From positions 20,014 through 84,013 of the forward strand of contig PSLI01000002.1 in the NCBI GenBank assembly GCA_040289515.1: a DNA stretch of 64,000 bases, given 5' to 3'. This DNA is from Candidatus Sysuimicrobiota bacterium. GTDB lineage: Bacteria; Sysuimicrobiota; Sysuimicrobiia; Sysuimicrobiales; Sysuimicrobiaceae. The position numbers and the translations under genes are program-made. Positions 18,799-30,312 of the stretch are shown piece after piece. The notes under the pieces are model-generated. The model was not told the DNA's origin. It worked only from the letters and a program-made list of their open reading frames with translations, and searched no databases. How positions within the stretch are numbered: the stretch's first letter is position 1; each line of letters starts with the position of its first letter.

Positions 18799-21700
18799 GT
18801 GGGGTTCGTGCCAGCATCATCCCGGGTGAACTTCCCGGAGCTGGAAGAGCGCATCCTGAAGTTCTGGGCTGACCAGGAGGTCTTCCGGAAGACCCTGGAG
18901 GCTCGTCAGGGCGGCCCGCAGTTCACCTTCTACGAGGGACCGCCCACCGCCAACGGCCTGCCGGGGGTGCACCACGTCCTGGCCCGCGCTTACAAGGACG
19001 CCATCCCCCGCTACCGCACCATGCGGGGCTACTTCGTCCCTCGCAAGGCCGGCTGGGACACACACGGCCTGCCTGTGGAGATCGAGGTGGAGAAGGAGCT
19101 GGGCATCAACAGCAAGCGGGAGATCGAGGCCTACGGGGTAGCGGAGTTCAACCGCCGGTGCAAGGAGTCGGTGTTCCGGTACGAGCGGGAGTGGGTGCGC
19201 CTCAGCGAGCGCATCGGGTTCTGGCTGGACTATGAGCACCCGTACGTCACGTACTCCGACGAGTACATCGAGTCGGTGTGGTGGATCCTCCGGCAGCTGT
19301 GGGACCGCGGGCTGCTGTACCAGGGTTACAAGGTGGTCCCCTACTGCCCCCGGTGCGGGACCCCCCTCAGCAGCCACGAGGTAGCCCTGGGGTACCGGGA
19401 GACGGAGGACCCCTCGGTGTTCGTACGCATGCGCCTGCGGGACGATCCGGCCACGTCCCTCCTGGTGTGGACCACCACCCCGTGGACCCTGCCCGCCAAC
19501 GTGGCGTGCGCGGTGCACCCGCAGGTGACCTACCGGAAGGTTCGGCAAGACGACGAGGTGCTGGTGGTGGCGCGGGACCTCGCAGAGGTGGCCCTGCAGG
19601 GCTCTTACGAGATCCTGGAGGAGGTGCGTGGGGAGGCCCTGGCGGGCCTGGCCTACGAGCCCCCTTTCCGTTTCTACCCGGAACAGGAACGGCTGTGGCG
19701 GGTGTGGCCGGCGGAGTTCGTCACCACCGAGGAGGGGACCGGGGTGGTCCACGTGGCCCCCGCGTACGGCGAGGAGGACCTGGAGCTGGCCCGGCGGCAC
19801 GACCTGCCTGTCCTCCACCCCGTGGGACCAGACGGACGCTACACGGACGAGGTCCCGCCGTGGGCGGGCAAGTTCGTGAAGGAGGCGGACAGGGAGATCG
19901 TGGCGGACCTGCGGGCCAGGGGCCTGCTGTACCGGGCCGGTACGGTCCGGCACACGTACCCCTTCTGCTGGCGGTGCGACAGCCCCCTCCTCTACTACGC
20001 CCGCACGAGCTGGCACGTGGCCGTCCGTCGCCACAAGGACCGTCTGCTACGGGCCAACGAGGAGATCCGCTGGATCCCCGAGCACATCCAGCGGGGCCGG
20101 TTCGGGAACTGGCTGGAAAACGTAGTGGACTGGGCCCTGTCCCGGGAGCGGTACTGGGGCACCCCCCTGCCCGTGTGGGTGTGCGAGGCCTGCGGGCACG
20201 CCCACTGCGTGGGCAGCCTGGCGGAGCTGCGGCAGATGGCCATGTACCTCCCGGAGCCCCTGGAGCTGCACCGCCCGTACGTGGACGAGGTCCGCCTGCG
20301 CTGCCCGCGCTGCGGGGGGACCATGCGCAGGGTTCCGGACGTCATCGACGTGTGGTTTGACTCCGGGGCCATGCCCGTGGCCCAGTGGCACTACCCCTTC
20401 GAGAACCGCGAGTGGTTCGAGCGGTCCTTCCCCGCGGACTACATCTGTGAAGGGATCGACCAGACCCGGGGCTGGTTCTACAGCCTGCACGCCATCTCCG
20501 TGCTGTTGTTTGACCGGCCCGCGTACCGGAACTGCGTGTGTTTGGAGCTGGTGTTGGACGAGCACGGGGAAAAGATGAGCAAGAGCCGGGGCAATGTGCT
20601 GGACCCGTGGAGCTTGATCCAGCGGTTCGGGGCGGACGCCCTGCGGTGGTTCTTCTTCTCCGTGAGCCCGCCGGGCATCCCCAAGCGGCTGGGCCCCGCC
20701 GCGGTGGAGGAGGTGGTGCGCCGCTTCTTCCTGACCCTGTGGAACACGTACGTGTTCTTCACCACGTACGCAAGCCTGGACGGCTTCGACCCCCTGCGGT
20801 GGCCGGCTCCCCCTGTGGACCAGCGGCCCGCCCTGGATCGCTGGTTGTGCTCCCGGTTGAGCGGTCTGGTGGCGGAGGCCACGGAGCACATGGAGGCCTA
20901 CAACCCCACGGACGCGGCCCGGGCCGTGGAGCGGTTTGTGGAGGACCTGTCCACCTGGTACGTGCGGCGAGGCCGCCGCCGCTACTGGAAGGCCCGGGAT
21001 CCCCACGACCAGCGCAGCGCCTACCACACCCTGTACGAGGCCCTGGTGGCGACCGCGAAGCTGATGGCACCCCTGGCGCCCTTCCTGTCCGAGGAGCTGT
21101 ACCAGAGCCTGGTGCGGGCCGGGGACCCGCAAGCCCCCGTAAGCGTGCACCTCACGGAGTGGCCGCAGGCCCGGCCGCAGGATCGCGACCCCGATCTGGA
21201 GCAAGCCATGGAGGAGGCGCGGTGGGTGGTGAGCCTGGGCCGAGCGGCGCGGTCCCGGGCCGGCGTTCGCGTGCGGCAGCCGCTTCCCGCGGCGGTGGTG
21301 GTGGCCCCGCAGTCCCTGCTGCACCGATACCCGGAGCTGGTGGCCCACGTGGCTGACGAGCTGAACTGCAAGCGGGTGGATCTGGCAAGTCAGGAGAGCG
21401 ACCTGGTGGAGTACGAGGTGAGGCCGAAGTTCGAGCGTTTGGGCCCGCGCTACGGGCCGAAGGTACAGGCCCTGGCCGCAGCCCTGCGCAACCTGTCCCC
21501 ACAGACCGCGCGCCGAGTGGCGGCGGAGGGACGGGCCGTGGTGGAGGTCGCTGGAGAGCAGGTGGAGCTGGGGCCCGATGATCTGGATGTGCGGATGCGG
21601 GAGCGGGAGGGGTTCGTGGCGGAGGCCGGGCGGGGGTTCGTAGTGGTGCTGGACACCCACCTGTCGCCGGAGCTCCGGCAGGAAGGGCTGGTGCGGGAAC

Positions 21701-21936
21701 TGGTGCACCACGTGCAGCAGCTGCGGCGCCAGGCCAAGTTACGGGTGGACCAGCGGGTGCACCTGCACCTGTGGGGTCCGGCGGAGGTCGTCCAGGCGGT
21801 GCAGGAGCACCGGGACGCCATCGCGGAGGAGGTCCTGGCGGACCGGGTGGAGTTGGGGCAGGAAGCGGATGGCTTCCGCATGGAGGTGTCCGTACTGGGC
21901 CACCCCGTGAAGCTTGTGCTGCAACCCCTCCCCTGA
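18799..21936 (+). CDS. ileS: isoleucine--tRNA ligase (type 2, about 1045 aa)
   Basis: HVLARAY motif (the class I HIGH-region variant). KMSKS present as KMSKSRGN. CP1 editing domain. GAGGAGGTGA RBS with GTG start. Confidence 0.95.
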   Translation: MGFVPASSRVNFPELEERILKFWADQEVFRKTLEARQGGPQFTFYEGPPTANGLPGVHHVLARAYKDAIPRYRTMRGYFVPRKAGWDTHGLPVEIEVEKELGINSKREIEAYGVAEFNRRCKESVFRYEREWVRLSERIGFWLDYEHPYVTYSDEYIESVWWILRQLWDRGLLYQGYKVVPYCPRCGTPLSSHEVALGYRETEDPSVFVRMRLRDDPATSLLVWTTTPWTLPANVACAVHPQVTYRKVRQDDEVLVVARDLAEVALQGSYEILEEVRGEALAGLAYEPPFRFYPEQERLWRVWPAEFVTTEEGTGVVHVAPAYGEEDLELARRHDLPVLHPVGPDGRYTDEVPPWAGKFVKEADREIVADLRARGLLYRAGTVRHTYPFCWRCDSPLLYYARTSWHVAVRRHKDRLLRANEEIRWIPEHIQRGRFGNWLENVVDWALSRERYWGTPLPVWVCEACGHAHCVGSLAELRQMAMYLPEPLELHRPYVDEVRLRCPRCGGTMRRVPDVIDVWFDSGAMPVAQWHYPFENREWFERSFPADYICEGIDQTRGWFYSLHAISVLLFDRPAYRNCVCLELVLDEHGEKMSKSRGNVLDPWSLIQRFGADALRWFFFSVSPPGIPKRLGPAAVEEVVRRFFLTLWNTYVFFTTYASLDGFDPLRWPAPPVDQRPALDRWLCSRLSGLVAEATEHMEAYNPTDAARAVERFVEDLSTWYVRRGRRRYWKARDPHDQRSAYHTLYEALVATAKLMAPLAPFLSEELYQSLVRAGDPQAPVSVHLTEWPQARPQDRDPDLEQAMEEARWVVSLGRAARSRAGVRVRQPLPAAVVVAPQSLLHRYPELVAHVADELNCKRVDLASQESDLVEYEVRPKFERLGPRYGPKVQALAAALRNLSPQTARRVAAEGRAVVEVAGEQVELGPDDLDVRMREREGFVAEAGRGFVVVLDTHLSPELRQEGLVRELVHHVQQLRRQAKLRVDQRVHLHLWGPAEVVQAVQEHRDAIAEEVLADRVELGQEADGFRMEVSVLGHPVKLVLQPLP

Positions 21937-22050
21937 AAACGCCCGCGATGGCGCGAGCCCCTGGGGCGGCTTGCGGGTTTGTGCTAAGATGAAGCGCCAG
22001 GGTGTGCGGAGCTGCGGCCCGCGCGCGCCCAGCGCTGTTTGGAGGGATCG

Positions 22051-22779
22051 ATGGCACGTACGGTGGGGGTCCTTGGCGGCATGGGACCCAGAGCGACCGT
22101 GGACTTCTTGCAGAAGCTCATTGAGCGTACGCCCGCGCGCCGGGACCAGGACCACCTTCGGGTGGTCGTGGACAACAACCCGCAGATCCCCGACCGCTCC
22201 CAGCACATCCTCGCCGGCGGCGAGGACCCCACCCCGGCCCTGGTGGCCACCGCGCAGAACCTGGAGCGGGCGGGGGCGGACTTCCTGGTCATCCCCTGCA
22301 ACACCGCGCACCACTTCCTGGATCGCATCCGGGCCGCGGTGCGCATCCCGGTCCTGGATATCACGGAGGCGGTGGCTGACCGGGCCGCGGCCTTCTCGGC
22401 CGTGGGGCTACTGGCCACGCGCGCCACGGTGGTGGCAAGTCTGTACCAGAAGGCCCTGGCAAAGCACGGCTGCCGGGTGCTGGTACCGTCCCCCAGGCGC
22501 CAGGAGCAAGTGGACCGGGCCATCTACGCGGTGAAGGCAGGCGACCTGGGCCCTCGGGTGCGGGCCTGGGTGCGGGAGGCAGCGGAGGAGCTTATAAGCG
22601 GGGGCGCCCAGGCCCTGGTGCTGGGCTGCACGGAGATCCCCCTGGTGGTGGATCCGGAGGAGTGGGGCGTGCCCGTGCTGGACTCCACCGCCTTGCTGGC
22701 GGAGGCGGCGGTCCGGGAGGCTCTGCAGGTAGGACACAGGCCGGGAATGGGGGCGGTGGCGGTAGCGTCGGGCGACTGA
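22051..22779 (+). CDS. aspartate/glutamate racemase family protein
   Basis: VGVLGGMGPRAT, IPCNTAHHF and LGCTEIP are the two catalytic Cys motifs of Asp/Glu racemases. Confidence 0.8.
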   Translation: MARTVGVLGGMGPRATVDFLQKLIERTPARRDQDHLRVVVDNNPQIPDRSQHILAGGEDPTPALVATAQNLERAGADFLVIPCNTAHHFLDRIRAAVRIPVLDITEAVADRAAAFSAVGLLATRATVVASLYQKALAKHGCRVLVPSPRRQEQVDRAIYAVKAGDLGPRVRAWVREAAEELISGGAQALVLGCTEIPLVVDPEEWGVPVLDSTALLAEAAVREALQVGHRPGMGAVAVASGD

Positions 22780-22859
22780 GCGGAGTTTCCGCAAGCACGG
22801 ACCGGGGGCTCTGGAAAACGACCGCACCGGAGGTCCCGAGCCACGAGCTGGGGGCGAGG

Positions 22860-23582
22860 ATGACAAAGAAGAAGGCGTCCGGGGCCAAGAAGGCCGAACG
22901 CAAACGGGTTAGGGAGGCCACCGCGGCGAGGTCCGCGCGCAAGCAGAAATCCAGCGGGAAGCCGGCTGCCCGGAAAGTCGCCAGCGCTTCCCAGCCCGAG
23001 GCCCAGGTCAAGCGGACCGGCACGGCCCACAGCCTCGGTCCGGCCACCCCCGCAAGCCGCATGGCCACAGCGACGGCAGGATCGGTGCTGCTGAGGCCGC
23101 CGCGGGTAGACCTCCCCTCCCCGACACCGGGGCGCCCGAGCCCACGGCCTGCTGCGTGGGCGGCACTTCCGGACCGGCAGGTACAGCCCGTGACGCCCGC
23201 GGAGTACCCAGAGTTCCGACGCCTGCTGCTGGCCGAGCGCGAGCGGCTGCTGCAGGAGCTTGCCAGCATGGGGGAGCGGCTGCAGCAGGTGGAGGAGATC
23301 GGGCTGGTAGAGGCCGCGAACGAGGACGACTATGGGGACGTGGCCTCGGAGGCGTTCGAGCGGGAGAAGGGCTTCGCCCTGGAGAACTCCGTGCAGGGCA
23401 TGCTGCGCATGGTGGAGGACGCCCTGCGGAAGCTGGATGCGGGCACGTACGGCACCTGCGAGCGTTGCGGGGAGCCCATCGACGTGGAGCGGCTGCGGGC
23501 GTTGCCCTTCGCCAACCTATGCATCCGGTGCAAGGCGGAGCAGGAGCGGGAGCTCGGAGGCGGGAACGGCTGGCCCGGCTGA
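22860..23582 (+). CDS. DksA/TraR-family C4 zinc-finger regulator (YlyA-like) with ~120 aa lysine-rich N-terminal extension
   Basis: C-terminal CERCGEPIDVERLRALPFANLCIRC zinc finger plus the DksA coiled-coil. Position between ileS and lspA matches B. subtilis ylyA. N-terminus is MTKKKASGAKKAERKRVREATAARSARKQKSSGKPAARKVA. Confidence 0.75.
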   Translation: MTKKKASGAKKAERKRVREATAARSARKQKSSGKPAARKVASASQPEAQVKRTGTAHSLGPATPASRMATATAGSVLLRPPRVDLPSPTPGRPSPRPAAWAALPDRQVQPVTPAEYPEFRRLLLAERERLLQELASMGERLQQVEEIGLVEAANEDDYGDVASEAFEREKGFALENSVQGMLRMVEDALRKLDAGTYGTCERCGEPIDVERLRALPFANLCIRCKAEQERELGGGNGWPG

Positions 23583-23590
23583 CCGCGGCG

Positions 23591-24043
23591 GTGCGCCCGG
23601 ATCTGTGGGGGGCCGCCCTGCTGGCGGCCACGGCGGATCAGCTTTCCAAGGCCGCGGTCCTCAGCCATCTGGACTTCGGAACCTCGGTGTGGGTGCTGCC
23701 CCCGGTTCTGCGCATCACCCTCTGGCGCAACACGGGGATCGCCTTCGGACTGTTGTCGGGTGCCAACGAGCTCGTGAGCCTGCTGGCGCTGCTGGCGGCG
23801 GTGTGGCTGGTTGTGCACCACCGGGACCGCTGGGGCGCGTCGGCTTTGGTGCGGGTGGGCGTGGGGATGGTGCTGGGAGGTGCTGCGGGCAACCTCCTGG
23901 ACCGCCTGCGCTACGGGTACGTGGTGGACTTCCTGGAGCTGCCGTACTGGCCTATCTTCAACGTGGCGGACGTGTGCATCGTGGTGGGAGGGGTTCTTCT
24001 GGTCCTGGGTGGTTTTAAGGCCAGCCGGCCTCCTCACCTGTGA
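23591..24043 (+). CDS. lspA: lipoprotein signal peptidase II
   Basis: WRNTGIAFGLL, NLLDRLRYGYVVDFL and FNVADVCIVVG are present. GTG start chosen. Confidence 0.8.
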   Translation: MRPDLWGAALLAATADQLSKAAVLSHLDFGTSVWVLPPVLRITLWRNTGIAFGLLSGANELVSLLALLAAVWLVVHHRDRWGASALVRVGVGMVLGGAAGNLLDRLRYGYVVDFLELPYWPIFNVADVCIVVGGVLLVLGGFKASRPPHL

Positions 24044-24785
24044 TCGGACTTTAGGGCGGTGCAGGAGGCGACCGTGGACCCCACCCTGCTGCGGACGGGA
24101 GGCCTGCGGATCTCCGCGTACGGCCTGTTCTTGCTGGCGGGCCTGGCCCTGGGCTTGTACCGCTTCGTCCGCACCTGCCACCGGGCTGGGCTGGGCCGGG
24201 CGGAAGCGCTGGACCTGGGCCTGAACCTGGCGCTCGTGGCCCTGCTGGGGGCCCGGGCGGGCTACGTCCTGGCGCACGCGGGGGCGTACGTCCAGGACCC
24301 GGTGCGGGCGCTGTGGGTGTGGCAGGATCGGGGACTCGCCTTCTACGGAGGGGTGGCGGCCTGCGTGCTGTGCTGTCGTTTGCTGCGGTCAGACCGGTGG
24401 GTGCAGATACTGGACGTCCTGGCAGCACCCGCAGCCCTCGGCTACACAGTGGGGGCCCTGGGAACCCTGTGGGTGTTCGTGGGCCGGCCCACGGATCTCC
24501 CGTGGGCCGTGGAGGTGGCGGGCACGCTGCGCCACCCGGTAGGGGCCTACCTCGCGCTGGCATCGCTGGCGGCGTACCGGTTGCTGGAAGGGCGCACGGG
24601 CGCAGCTGGCTCTGGGCAGGCACTGCTGGCCTACCTGGTGCTGCAGGGAACCGCACGGTTCGCCGCGGAGGCCTTCGTGGATCCCGTGACCACCTCCGCG
24701 GTGGCGGGCCCGCTTACCCTGGGCCAGCTGTCTGCCGCGGTGGTGGCCGCAGCTGGCGCCGTGGGACTGTGGTGGGGGAGACGAG

Positions 24786-27978
<3,193 letters not shown>

Positions 27979-28025
27979 CCGGGGCTTATCATACTAGTGC
28001 CGGCCGCGTCCGGAGGGGGCAAGCG

Positions 28026-28913
28026 GTGCGCAGCATGACGGGCTACGGAGCCGCGCAGGCAGACGGCGAGAGCGGGCGGTGGTGGGTGGAGGTGCGCAGC
28101 ACCAACCACCGCTTCCTGGAGGTGGCGGTACGCCTGCCCCGGGAGCTGGCTGCCCTGGAGGATCGCGTGCGTGCTGCGGTCGCACAGCGGGTGCGGCGAG
28201 GCCGCGTGGAAGTCCTGGTAAGGGAAGACGCCTCGCAGAGGGCCCGGGAGGCAGTGGTCGATACACAGCTGGCCCGGCATTACGCGCAGGCGCTGGAGCA
28301 GCTGCGGCAGGAGCTGGGGCTGGAAGAGCCCCTGACCCTGCAGGCCCTGCTGAGCCTGCCCGAGGTGGTGCGGCTGGAGGAGGCCCGGGCCGATCCCGAG
28401 GCCGCGTGGGAGGCCCTGCGGCCCGTGCTGGAGCGGGCGCTGGAGGAGTTGGTGCGGATGCGCTCCGCAGAGGGGGGCCGCTTGGCGAAGGACCTACAGG
28501 AGCGGGTGGTACGCCTGGAGGGCTGGGTGGAACACGTGGCGCGGAGGGCGGAGGAGCTGCCGCGGCAGTACGCGGACCGGCTGCGGCGGCGGGTAGCGGA
28601 GCTTCTCCAGGCCCTGGACGGGGAGGCATCCGTGGACGAGGCGCGGCTGGCCATGGAGGTGGCGGCGTTCGCGGACCGGTGCGACGTGAGAGAAGAGCTG
28701 GTGAGGCTACGCAGCCACCTGCAGCAGGTGCGGGACCTGGTGGGTGCCCCGGACGGGGCGGTGGGGCGCAAGCTGGAGTTCCTGCTGCAGGAGATGCAGC
28801 GGGAGGTGAACACCGTGGGAGCCAAGGCCCCGGACCTGGAGGTGGCCCGCGCGGTGGTGGAGATGAAGTCGGAGCTGGAGGCGATTCGGGAGCAGGTGCA
28901 GAACGTGGAGTAA
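28026..28913 (+). CDS. YicC/YloC family stress-induced endoribonuclease
   Basis: MTGYG N-terminus and the conserved C-terminal motif [13 protein letters not shown]. Confidence 0.85.
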   Translation: MRSMTGYGAAQADGESGRWWVEVRSTNHRFLEVAVRLPRELAALEDRVRAAVAQRVRRGRVEVLVREDASQRAREAVVDTQLARHYAQALEQLRQELGLEEPLTLQALLSLPEVVRLEEARADPEAAWEALRPVLERALEELVRMRSAEGGRLAKDLQERVVRLEGWVEHVARRAEELPRQYADRLRRRVAELLQALDGEASVDEARLAMEVAAFADRCDVREELVRLRSHLQQVRDLVGAPDGAVGRKLEFLLQEMQREVNTVGAKAPDLEVARAVVEMKSELEAIREQVQNVE

Positions 28914-28917
28914 GGGT

Positions 28918-29187
28918 GTGGAGCCCAGGCTGATCAACATCGGGTTCGGAAACGTGGTGGCCGCGCACCGCATCGTGGCCATCGTGAGCCCCGACAGCGC
29001 GCCCATCAAGCGCATCATCCAGGAGGCGCGGGAGAACGGGTCGCTCATCGATGCCACGTACGGGCGGCGCACGCGGGCGGTGGTGATCACGGACAGCGGC
29101 CACGTGGTCCTCTCCGCGGTTCAACCGGAGACCGTGGCGCACCGCTTCCTGTCCCGGGAGCCGGCGGAGGAGGCGGAGGAGGCGTAG
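28918..29187 (+). CDS. remA: RemA/YlzA family (DUF370) regulator
   Basis: [51 protein letters not shown] is near-identical to Bacillus RemA. Confidence 0.85.
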   Translation: MEPRLINIGFGNVVAAHRIVAIVSPDSAPIKRIIQEARENGSLIDATYGRRTRAVVITDSGHVVLSAVQPETVAHRFLSREPAEEAEEA

Positions 29188-29204
29188 CGGTCCCGGAGGC
29201 GCGG

Positions 29205-29735
29205 GTGATCGTCACCGTCAGCGGGCTCATCGCCAGCGGCAAGACCACCCAGGCGCGCGCTCTCGCCGCCCGGCTGGGGTTGCGCTACCTATCCGCGGGG
29301 GAGGTCATGCGTCGGTGGGCGCAGGAGCGGGGGATGAACCTGCTGCGCTTCTCCGAGATGGCCGAGCAGGACCACGCCATCGACCGGGAGCTGGACCGCC
29401 TGCAGGTGGAGATGGCCCGGGAGGGCAACGCGGTGGTGGATTCCCGCCTGGGGGGATGGTTTGTGCCCGCCACCATGAAGGTGTGGTTGCGCGCCCCCTT
29501 GGAGGTGCGGGCCTACAGGGTGGCCCAGCGGGAGGGCGTGCAGTTCCAGGTGGCGCTGGAGGAGCTGCAGCGGCGGGAGGCCAGCGAGCGCCAGCGGTAC
29601 CGCGCCATCTACGGGATCGACCTGGACGACCTGTCCCCCTACCACGTGGTGGTGGACACCCACCGGTGGCAGCGGGACGAGGTGACCCAGGCGCTGGCGG
29701 AGCTGGCACGGGCCCTGATGGAGCGGCGGGGGTGA
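29205..29735 (+). CDS. cytidylate-kinase-like P-loop NMP kinase (at the position where gmk is expected)
   Basis: P-loop SGLIASGKTT, followed by the Cmk-like motif LGLRYLSAGEVMR. Confidence 0.6.
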   Translation: MIVTVSGLIASGKTTQARALAARLGLRYLSAGEVMRRWAQERGMNLLRFSEMAEQDHAIDRELDRLQVEMAREGNAVVDSRLGGWFVPATMKVWLRAPLEVRAYRVAQREGVQFQVALEELQRREASERQRYRAIYGIDLDDLSPYHVVVDTHRWQRDEVTQALAELARALMERRG

Positions 29736-30286
29736 GGGGCCGCACGGTGGTGGTAGGGGTGTGCGGGGGGGTGGCCGCTTTTAAGGCCGCCTCCCTCGTG
29801 AGCGCTCTGGCGAAGGAGGGCGCATCGGTTTGGGTGGTGCTCACCCGCTCGGGCCGGCGGTTCGTGGGCGAGGCCACCTTCCGTGCCCTTTCCCAAAACC
29901 CCGTCCTGGTGGACCTGTGGGACCCCCGCGGCCCGGACCCGGAGCCTCACGTGGCCCTGGGAGAGCGGGCAGACCTGGTGGTGGTGGCCCCTGCCACGGC
30001 CCACACCCTGGCCAAGCTGGCCGTGGGATTGGCGGACGACCCCGTGTGTGCCGTGGTGCTGGCCACCCGGGCCCCCGTGCTGCTGGCTCCCGCCATGGCG
30101 GAGCTCATGTGGCTGCACCCCGCCACCCGCCGCAACGTCGAGGTTCTGCGGGAGATGGGCTACCGGTTGGTGGGGCCCAATTACGGCCGCCTGGCCTCCG
30201 GACGCGAGGGTTGGGGCAGGATGGCGGAACCCCAGGAGATTCTGCAGGCGGCCCGAGCCCTGCTGCAGCTAGCACCCCACGGGTAG
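29732..30286 (+). CDS. coaC: phosphopantothenoylcysteine decarboxylase flavoprotein (CoaC domain only, no CoaB domain)
   Basis: VVVGVCGGVAAFKAASLVSAL and ADLVVVAPATAHTLAKLAVGLADD are present. 184 aa. GTGA overlap with the upstream kinase. Confidence 0.8.
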   Translation: MRGRTVVVGVCGGVAAFKAASLVSALAKEGASVWVVLTRSGRRFVGEATFRALSQNPVLVDLWDPRGPDPEPHVALGERADLVVVAPATAHTLAKLAVGLADDPVCAVVLATRAPVLLAPAMAELMWLHPATRRNVEVLREMGYRLVGPNYGRLASGREGWGRMAEPQEILQAARALLQLAPHG

Positions 30287-30312
30287 GCGTCTGCCGGAGT
30301 TTCGGGGCAGGG

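Noticed and set aside
478-21711. Many long antisense or alternate-frame ORFs, for example 478..1656(-), 1287..2603(-), 5377..7434(-), 8243..9568(-), 9723..10967(-), 18817..20034(-) and 20047..21711(-).
   Set aside because: At about 70% GC, stop codons are rare in all frames. These ORFs overlap strongly supported conserved genes and translate to Arg/Gly/Pro/His-rich low-complexity sequence.
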